From positions 1,172-65,171 of the forward strand of contig JBCCVB010000012.1 of assembly GCA_039195965.1 (NCBI GenBank): DNA of 64,000 nt, in the 5' to 3' direction. This document shows positions 19,421 to 27,385 of the stretch, piece after piece (position 1 is the first letter of the stretch; every line of letters begins with the position of its first letter). The position numbers and the translations under genes were made by a program. Source of the stretch: Pseudomonadota bacterium. GTDB lineage: Bacteria; Pseudomonadota; Alphaproteobacteria; Rhizobiales; Stappiaceae. Under the pieces are notes generated by a model. The model was not told the DNA's origin. It worked only from the letters and a program-made list of their open reading frames with translations, and did no database searches.

Positions 19421-19712
19421 GACATCTCACAGAAGCAAATTTGCAATTCGGCGGGAGTTTGCCCGCGCCGCGAACAGCACGCAAGAGGGACCGAAAAGTC
19501 TGGTTTACAGATCTTCACAAATTCCAGTCCAAAGCCATCGTGTCTCTTGTTCTGCAAATTCAGCGCAAAGCGTCATAGTTGCAATTTAGCAACATATTGT
19601 TGTATTTTAGCACCAACACTCATTGAGTGAGTATTTTCCCCTTGCACCTATGACCCGTTTCAACCTAAGACTTCGTCATCGGTCTCAAGACTGGTTCAGA
19701 TATCAAAGGTAT

Positions 19713-19728
19713 AGGCAATTTTCTTGCC
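19713..19728. promoter_or_regulatory. Candidate sigma54 (-24/-12) promoter
   Basis: AGGCAATTTTCTTGCC has GG-N10-GC with TT before GC. The site is palindromic, so its direction is ambiguous. Confidence 0.4.
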
Positions 19729-19790
19729 GCCCGCATGGTTCGGCATTGTCGTTTCCATGTACGGATACTGTATCAGAAGGTCGCGCGTAA

Positions 19791-19864
19791 TCGCATGAAG
19801 TTCATTGGTTGAACGCCAGGTATGTTGCCTGGAGGAAACAGGTTCGATTCCTGTCTTGCACGCA
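19791..19864 (+). ncRNA. tRNA-like unit 1 (pseudo-tRNA / tRNA mimic)
   Basis: D arm GTTC-attggtt-GAAC, anticodon arm CCAGG-tatgttg-CCTGG and T arm ACAGG-TTCGATT-CCTGT. Only 4 of 7 acceptor pairs form, there is no U33 and no CCA. Confidence 0.7.
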
Positions 19865-19938
19865 ACGGATAGCTCAGCTGGTAGAGCATCGGACGATTAA
19901 TCCGACGGTCGCGGGTTCAACTCCCGCTCCAAACGGCA
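19863..19938 (+). ncRNA. tRNA-like unit 2 (tRNA-Asn-like pseudo-tRNA / mimic)
   Basis: TA-GCTC-agctggta-GAGC, TCGGA-cgattaa-TCCGA, cggtc and GCGGG-TTCAACT-CCCGC. Only 3 of 7 acceptor pairs form, position 33 is G, and it ends GGCA. Confidence 0.8.
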
Positions 19939-19973
19939 AACCTATGGGTTCGGGTTCGACTCCCGGTCCGCCA
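19939..19973 (+). ncRNA. tRNA-like unit 3 (3' fragment: mini-hairpin + T arm + CCA end)
   Basis: AACC-tatg-GGTT, then CGGG-TTCGACT-CCCG, then gTCCGCCA. Confidence 0.6.
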
Positions 19974-20014
19974 TTTTATGGCAACAGCTTCAGGTGCTGT
20001 CTACAAAATTGGGA

Positions 20015-20295
20015 TTTGAAGAGGGCTTGTGACGGACCGGCTCTGCCTTTGCGCGACACGCACGAAGACAGGCCCGCCCTTCACCGGGAGCTCTTGTCCG
20101 GTCTTTGATCAAGGCCACGCCGCGTCGTCGCCGGGACTGTCTGTTCTCGAACGGGCACAACCTGCATTGATGCCGCAAAGCCCGCTGTTCAGAGATCCGC
20201 CGAGTGCCCTGCGCACTCTTCAGGTCTCCACATTCACACCCTCCGCCCTGTCTCGGGAGCGGTCGGTTTCCACCTACCTCCAACCCCTCTTTGAA
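20015..20295 (+). ncRNA. Putative ~280-nt structured non-coding RNA upstream of the SPFH gene
   Basis: The ends pair (TTTGAAGAGGG 20015-25 with CCCTCTTTGAA 20285-95; GACCG 20035-39 with CGGTC 20260-64) and enclose several nested helices. There is no credible ORF. Confidence 0.55.
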
Positions 20296-20344
20296 CAACG
20301 AAAGGACATGCCACGTGCCTTAGCGCAATGGAAGGAATATCGAA

Positions 20345-21505
20345 ATGATGGCTTTTCTTGATAAAATTCGCGGCCGCAGCCGCGTCGTGATCTACGAAAA
20401 CGAACGAGCGGTTCATCTGGTTAAGGGTGAACTGCAAGGCATTCTCGTACCTGGTGAGCACTACCTGAAAAATGGTAGGGGCACTCTGATGGTCGAGCGT
20501 CAGGACCTGACGATGCCGCTGTTCCGGTCTGAATATGAAAAAGCGCTTTTCGACAAGCTTCCCGAAGTCGCAGAAGAGCACTTGACCGTCGTCCGAACGA
20601 AACCGGGCGAAGTGGCCGTAGTGGAACGGGATCATCGCGTCTACAGGGTACTCGGTCCGGATCAGCAGCTTGTGCTCTGGACCGATGCCGGTCCTTGGAC
20701 ATGGACTGTCATTGATACAGCGTCTGAGCCGGAACTTTCCCGCAAGATGTTGCTTCGCCTCGGTGATGCAAAGCTGACGCAGCACTTCGAAGTCATCCAG
20801 GTGACCGAGGGCAGTGTAGCGTTGTTGTTCGTCGACGGCGTCATGACCAGGGTCTTGAACGCCGGTCTCCACGCTTTCTGGAAAGCCGGAGGAACAATGA
20901 CCAAAAAGCTCATCGACCTGAAGCGGCAGAGCCTTGACGTTACCGGCCAGGAAGTCCTGACGCTCGATCGGGTCACCATACGCATCAACCTGTCGGCCGA
21001 ATACCGGGTGGTAGATGCTATAAAGGCTGCCCAAGAGGTGAAAGACTTCTCCGACACGTTGTACCGGGCCCTGCAAATGGTGTTCCGCAAGCAACTCGGC
21101 GCCTTGAAGCTTGACCAGATCCTCGAGCGCAAAGGCGACGTGAACGCGGAGGCTGAAGCGTGGATCAAAACCGAAATGGCCAAGATCGGAGTTGAGGTCT
21201 TCGACATCGCCCTGAAGGATGTAATTCTTCCCGGTGAAATGCGTGAGATCCTCAACAAGGTGGTGACCGCAGAAAAGGAAGCGGAAGCCAACGTGATCCG
21301 GCGCCGCGAAGAAACGAACGCGACACGTTCGCTTTTGAACACCGCAAAGGTCATGGCCGAAAACCCGGTCATGCTGCGGCTGAAGGAGCTTGAGGCTCTG
21401 GAATCCATTGCGTCCAAAGTGGACCGCCTGACGGTTCACAACGGGACGAGCGGCCTGATGAACGATCTTGTTAGGTTACAGGATGAAAGCTCGGCAAAAG
21501 CCTGA
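20345..21505 (+). CDS. Slipin-family SPFH/band-7 protein
   Basis: SQLDVTGQEVLTLDRVTIRINL-like SPFH core and C-terminal RRREETNATRSLLNTAKVMAENPVMLRLKELE. Three N-terminal beta-rich repeats, no TM helix. Confidence 0.9.
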   Translation: MMAFLDKIRGRSRVVIYENERAVHLVKGELQGILVPGEHYLKNGRGTLMVERQDLTMPLFRSEYEKALFDKLPEVAEEHLTVVRTKPGEVAVVERDHRVYRVLGPDQQLVLWTDAGPWTWTVIDTASEPELSRKMLLRLGDAKLTQHFEVIQVTEGSVALLFVDGVMTRVLNAGLHAFWKAGGTMTKKLIDLKRQSLDVTGQEVLTLDRVTIRINLSAEYRVVDAIKAAQEVKDFSDTLYRALQMVFRKQLGALKLDQILERKGDVNAEAEAWIKTEMAKIGVEVFDIALKDVILPGEMREILNKVVTAEKEAEANVIRRREETNATRSLLNTAKVMAENPVMLRLKELEALESIASKVDRLTVHNGTSGLMNDLVRLQDESSAKA

Positions 21506-21511
21506 CAAACG

Positions 21512-21540
21512 ACGGCGCGGAATTGTCCGCGCCGTTTTCT
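21512..21540 (+). terminator. Intrinsic terminator between the slipin gene and kptA
   Basis: ACGGCGCGGA-attg-TCCGCGCCGT-TTTCT. Confidence 0.7.
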
Positions 21541-21564
21541 ATCTAACTGATTTCATTCAGACCC

Positions 21565-22113
21565 ATGAAAAACGACACAAAAATATCCAAGCAAATCTCG
21601 TTCTGGTTGAGACACAAACCGGAAGATGCCGGGTTGCGATTGACCAGTGACGGCTGGGTGCAGGTGAAAGAACTGCTAGGGGCATTCGACCGAACACAGA
21701 TGCCCTGCAGCCTCCAACAGTTGCAGCAGATCGTCGAGACCAACGACAAGAAACGGTTCGAGTTTTCCGAGGATGGTACTCTGATCCGCGCAAGACAAGG
21801 GCATTCAATCAGCATCGACCTGCAGCTGCCCCCAACCGAACCGCCGACCATCCTCTACCACGGGACAGCCACCCGGTTTCTATCCGGCATCCTGAAGGAA
21901 GGTTTGAAACCGATGAACCGTCACCACGTTCACTTGTCTGCCGATGCCGACACCGCTCGAACTGTGGGAGCAAGGCACGGCAAACCCGTTGTCTTGGTGG
22001 TGACATCTCAAATCATGCATGCGGCTGGCTTCGAGTTCTTCAAAACGGAAAATGGTGTCTGGTTGGTGGATCAGGTCCCACCGGGCCACCTGTCCTGCCT
22101 GGACAGCGATTGA
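21565..22113 (+). CDS. kptA: RNA 2'-phosphotransferase (KptA/Tpt1)
   Basis: SKQISFWLRH, DKKRFEF, RARQGHS, LYHGT, RHHVHLS and NGVWL. Confidence 0.95.
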   Translation: MKNDTKISKQISFWLRHKPEDAGLRLTSDGWVQVKELLGAFDRTQMPCSLQQLQQIVETNDKKRFEFSEDGTLIRARQGHSISIDLQLPPTEPPTILYHGTATRFLSGILKEGLKPMNRHHVHLSADADTARTVGARHGKPVVLVVTSQIMHAAGFEFFKTENGVWLVDQVPPGHLSCLDSD

Positions 22114-22127
22114 GCTCACACTCTATT

Positions 22128-22190
22128 TAAAAAGAAAAATCTTTCTTTATTAATCGCTGGTGATATAAAGAAAGAAATTTCTTTCTTTAT
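22128..22190. promoter_or_regulatory. Tandem operator-like palindromes upstream of the MFS gene
   Basis: Perfect 26-bp palindrome ATAAAGAAAGAAATTTCTTTCTTTAT (22165-22190) and a degenerate copy at 22128-22150. Confidence 0.6.
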
Positions 22191-22200
22191 TGAGGGTGTC

Positions 22201-23682
22201 ATGTCCATAAGCTCGCCAGCTCAGGTCCCAGCCAGCGCCGCGTCCAATTCAAGCCTGTTCGCTCCTGCCCGATTGGCAGGAACGCTCGCACTTGTCCTTG
22301 GCGTCGGCTCCCACGCCATCAATGGATTTGTAACCACGGCCGTTCTACCGGACATCATTCGCGACTTAGGTGGTCAGAACCGGGCCTTCTGGGTGTTCAG
22401 TACGTTTGAGATGATGGCCATTCTGGCTGGATGTCTGACTGGAGCCACGAAACAGCGATTCGGAGCCCGGTATCCTTTTCTGATCGCAACCTTGTTGCTT
22501 GCCACAGGCTCCGTATTGGCCGGTTTGAGTACATCACTGGCAGGCTTGATCGCCGGCCGCGCCTTACAGGGCTTTGGTGAAGGCATGATCATTGCTCTTT
22601 GCTATTCCCTGATACCCGATCTTTATCCGAGTAATATCGCCCCACGCATCTTTGCCCTCCTCGCCGGTGTCTGGGCGCTCGCAGCTGGAATCGGCCCCGT
22701 CTCTGCAGGATTGTTGACGGAGCTCTGGTCCTGGCGCGCAGCCTTTCTTGTCAACATACCTTTGACTTTGCTGCTGTTCGGATTGATGAACTCGGCCTTG
22801 CCCGCCCGTGCAACATCCGCAACCACCTCCCGCCAGCTAAAGGCTACAGGTGGCACAAGTCGGCTGGCGTTGCGATTTGGGCTGCTTACCGTCAGCATTT
22901 TTCTGCTCACCGTGATCGGTGAGATTCATCAGCCCATACCCTTGGCCGCCACAATTGTGACTGGCCTGCTTGCAGCCGGTTTGCTTTTGAAGCTTGACGG
23001 CGCCAGCGCGAAACACCTCTTTCCCCGGGAGGCCTTCCGGGTTGGAACTGTGGTTGGTTTGGGAACGTGGATCATCTTCCTGATTTCCGTCGTCGCGGCG
23101 ATCAGGGCGGTTTTCATCACTACGATGGGTCAGGTCCACTGGGGTCTCAGTGTCACCCAGGCAAGTTATGTAGCTGCCGGATTGGCCTTTTCCTGGTCGT
23201 TCTTTGCGTGGATTTCGTCGCGTGCGCCGACCCGGCAGAGAGAATTGACTTATCTGGCGATCGGTCCGTTTCTGATTGCCACCGGTATGTTGCTGACCGC
23301 TGTCGGGATCGCGACCTCATCGCTTGTCACGTTTTCTTTGGCAGCCATTGTCGCCGGCGCGGGTCACGGCTTAAGCAACCAGATCCTTATGCGGTCCCTG
23401 ATGTATTCCGCCAAAGGTGGAGACCAGGACCTCGTCTCCAGCATTTTGCCAACGCTCTCTTCTGCGGGAATCGCCATTGGCGGCGGATTGACCGGTCTTA
23501 TCGCCGTCATGACGGGCCTTGTTTCGCCAGGCGAAACCAATCTGATCACGGGCGATGCGATAGCCCGCTCAGGCCCGACTGTCTTCTACATCAATGCGGC
23601 TCTGATGATCATCCCCGCCGCTGCAATGCTGATCCTTCGGCACCGCCTTGTGCGTGCCGAAGCGGTCGGTCAAACCGACTAG
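22201..23682 (+). CDS. MFS transporter (drug:H+ antiporter-like, about 14 TM)
   Basis: 493 aa hydrophobic protein with GRALQGFGEG and WRAAFLVNIP motifs. Confidence 0.9.
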   Translation: MSISSPAQVPASAASNSSLFAPARLAGTLALVLGVGSHAINGFVTTAVLPDIIRDLGGQNRAFWVFSTFEMMAILAGCLTGATKQRFGARYPFLIATLLLATGSVLAGLSTSLAGLIAGRALQGFGEGMIIALCYSLIPDLYPSNIAPRIFALLAGVWALAAGIGPVSAGLLTELWSWRAAFLVNIPLTLLLFGLMNSALPARATSATTSRQLKATGGTSRLALRFGLLTVSIFLLTVIGEIHQPIPLAATIVTGLLAAGLLLKLDGASAKHLFPREAFRVGTVVGLGTWIIFLISVVAAIRAVFITTMGQVHWGLSVTQASYVAAGLAFSWSFFAWISSRAPTRQRELTYLAIGPFLIATGMLLTAVGIATSSLVTFSLAAIVAGAGHGLSNQILMRSLMYSAKGGDQDLVSSILPTLSSAGIAIGGGLTGLIAVMTGLVSPGETNLITGDAIARSGPTVFYINAALMIIPAAAMLILRHRLVRAEAVGQTD

Positions 23683-23696
23683 CTCCCCTTCCCGGT

Positions 23697-24110
23697 TCAA
23701 GCCGCTCGCTCTGTCCAGGTCCTTTTTCCAAACAAGAGCCTGTCGAGACTGAGCGGTCCACCACCTGCCGCAGCAAGGAAGAGAAAGACGAAACAGAAGA
23801 GAATGGCACTATCCCCGCCATTCAGCATCGGAAAGAAGTTTTTCGGCGCCAGAATCAGAAAATAGCCGACAGCCATTGTCCCTGATGCCAGAAACGCCGC
23901 CGGTCTGGTCAGCAGACCGACAGCAACCAACGTGCCGCAGATGAGCTCGATCAGGCCGGCAATACCGTCCATACTCATTACGGGCACACCTGAATACTGA
24001 CTGTGCGGAAAATCGAAAAACTTGCTGGTTCCGGTCTGTAGAAACACTAGCCCCGTCATACAGCGCAACAAACTGAGCAGATAAGGCGTCACCTTATTGT
24101 AAAAATCCAT
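23697..24110 (-). CDS. DoxX family membrane protein
   Basis: LLRCMTGLVFLQTGTSKFF, GLIELICG...GLLTRPAAFLASGTMAVGYF and GGGPLSLD. Confidence 0.9.
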   Translation of the reverse strand: MDFYNKVTPYLLSLLRCMTGLVFLQTGTSKFFDFPHSQYSGVPVMSMDGIAGLIELICGTLVAVGLLTRPAAFLASGTMAVGYFLILAPKNFFPMLNGGDSAILFCFVFLFLAAAGGGPLSLDRLLFGKRTWTERAA

Positions 24111-24356
24111 AGCCCCCTCACGGCAATTATGCAGCCCATAACGTATACACTACTTATAATTGAGCGAAATTGCACGCACTAAGTTAATTCCCGATATAGT
24201 TGCAAATTCAAGGTAAATTAATCGCAAATTCTCGACAGTGCCGGCGCAAGAAGCTGAGGTTTGCGGACAAACAATCAAAGTGTGACGTCGCGGCATTGAC
24301 CGGAACGACCGGGAACGGGACTATTTTCGCACCGATTGAGCAAACCGGGATATGTC

Positions 24357-25259
24357 ATGCGATTTCCAGCGGCCCGTCTTACCGATATGCACACCTGCCC
24401 GATGTGTGTGGGCGTTCCTGCACCGATTGCGTGGAAATGTGCATGGACGGTCTGGACAGGAAAAATGCCTCAGGCTCGTGTAACTGACCTGTGCGTTTGC
24501 GTCGGCCCACCACCTCCCATGGGCGGCGATCCAATTGTGACTGGCGCCTGGAATGTTCTGGTTGAAGGGTTGCCCGCAGCGCGCATGACGGATCTGACGC
24601 TGAAGGGCGGCGCGATCGTGTCCGGCTATCCAACCGTCCTGATCGGCATGCAAGGGGGAGGAGCCGGTGGTGCCGGGGCAGGCGGAGCAGGAGCTGGAGC
24701 CGGAGCCGGAGCTATAGGCAAAACGAATGTCGGCCCAGCCATCGTTGTAGAGGGAACCGAGGAATTCAGGGAAAAAACGGTCGCCGCATTGGCGAAGATC
24801 GGTCAAACGCCATCCGGAGCCAAATTGCTCAATGATCTGCACAATTCCGGCAAGACAATTACAATCAAGGAAACGTCAGGAGGCAACAAGGTCAATGGCT
24901 TCACTGCTGACGGTAAGGTCGATGCCAGCGGAAACCCGGGCTCAGGATCAGATTCAACGGTGCACTACAATCCGAACAGAACCACGCTCGGTCCAGACGA
25001 GCCCTGGAAAACCCGGCCTCCGGAAATAGGCCTCGCACATGAGTTGATCCACGCAAAGCATGCCGCCAATGGCGAGATAGATCTCTCAAAGGTTGAAAAT
25101 GACCACAAACCCGATCCATCCGACCCAACCAAAAATGCCAAGGTCATCAAGGAAGAAGCCAAGACGGTCGGCTTCCCACCCCATGACGGCGAACCTTACA
25201 GCGAAAATAAAATCCGGGACGAATGGGATCCCAAACAGCCACAACGGCCCTATTATTGA
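24357..25259 (+). CDS. PAAR-domain protein fused to an M91-like zinc metallopeptidase effector domain
   Basis: PAAR repeats (PAARLTD, PQARVTD, PAARMTD) with Zn-binding His/Cys, a Gly/Ala linker, then GLAHELIHAKH (HExxH), EE..TVG and SENKIRDE...RPYY. Start is ATG 24357 or TTG 24336. Confidence 0.85.
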   Translation: MRFPAARLTDMHTCPMCVGVPAPIAWKCAWTVWTGKMPQARVTDLCVCVGPPPPMGGDPIVTGAWNVLVEGLPAARMTDLTLKGGAIVSGYPTVLIGMQGGGAGGAGAGGAGAGAGAGAIGKTNVGPAIVVEGTEEFREKTVAALAKIGQTPSGAKLLNDLHNSGKTITIKETSGGNKVNGFTADGKVDASGNPGSGSDSTVHYNPNRTTLGPDEPWKTRPPEIGLAHELIHAKHAANGEIDLSKVENDHKPDPSDPTKNAKVIKEEAKTVGFPPHDGEPYSENKIRDEWDPKQPQRPYY

Positions 25260-25896
25260 TCGACGCAATTTATTGCTTGGCCTGATGGTTTTTGGCCTTA
25301 CGAGCAATTTCCAGAAGAAGGCGGCAGCAATGTCATCGTTCACTAATCAAAACAATGACATCACCCTGACGGCGCAGCTCCGCCAGGATGGGCGCTTTCT
25401 GCTTCTGGCGTATCAGGTGACCAACAAGACAGACAGGCTCGTCTATCTGTTCGATATCCTTCATGACGAATTTGACGGATCGGTATACCCGCTTATCGAT
25501 GCTTGCTATGCCACCATCGAACAGGGCCAACTTGTTCTGAGCCGGCAGATCATGGAGGTTCCGGAAGACACACTCACGGAGACCTTCAACATACCCTTTG
25601 TCACGGCAGTCAAGCCCGGTCAGACAATCGACAAGACCGTTAGACAGGTCCAGCCCGTCTATCCCTGGACACCCTATTCGGATCGGGATGAAATTCCGCC
25701 GGCAAGCGGCGTTCTGAACATGAATGCCTATTTCAGGATCGGATATTTCCTGGAGGCTGACGGCACAAGCAAACTTGCAAAGGCAGCCCCCACCGACCAA
25801 GGTTCTTTTCCCTCGTTCGACCCATTCCCGATAGAATCCCAAAGAACGCTCATGGTGGGACCGCTAGGGACCGTTCCGGTTTATGATCTGACCTGA
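25255..25896 (+). CDS. Hypothetical protein, candidate cognate immunity protein (start uncertain: 25255 ATT, 25285 or 25330 ATG)
   Basis: Directly follows or overlaps the effector stop codon. It has a protein-like body from MSSFTNQ. Confidence 0.65.
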   Translation: MDRRNLLLGLMVFGLTSNFQKKAAAMSSFTNQNNDITLTAQLRQDGRFLLLAYQVTNKTDRLVYLFDILHDEFDGSVYPLIDACYATIEQGQLVLSRQIMEVPEDTLTETFNIPFVTAVKPGQTIDKTVRQVQPVYPWTPYSDRDEIPPASGVLNMNAYFRIGYFLEADGTSKLAKAAPTDQGSFPSFDPFPIESQRTLMVGPLGTVPVYDLT

Positions 25897-25938
25897 TAGC
25901 TGGCAACGACAGGTGATGCAGTCTTTTCGCGAAATGCG

Positions 25939-27282
<1,344 letters not shown>

Positions 27283-27325
27283 AAGAATGTCCCTGGAACG
27301 AAAAAGACGATCAAATCATATAAAC

Positions 27326-27354
27326 AAAAAACCCGGCAACACCGCCGGGTTTTT
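27326..27354 (-). terminator. Intrinsic terminator downstream of rpoD (bidirectional form)
   Basis: AAAAAACCCGGC-aacacc-GCCGGGTTTTT. Confidence 0.8.
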
Positions 27355-27385
27355 CTTCATCAAACTTGAAAATCCAGACAGCAAA

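Noticed and set aside
19791-19938. Calling the tRNA-like units functional tRNA-Thr(TGT) and tRNA-Asn(ATT) genes
   Set aside because: The acceptor stems do not pair, U33 is absent and there is no CCA, so they are unlikely to be aminoacylated or to decode.
19809-20361. ORF-track ORFs 19809-20108, 20029-20361 and 19990-20298 over the RNA elements
   Set aside because: Their composition is not protein-like, they have no RBS (except the short 20308 uORF), and the sequence is better explained by RNA structure.
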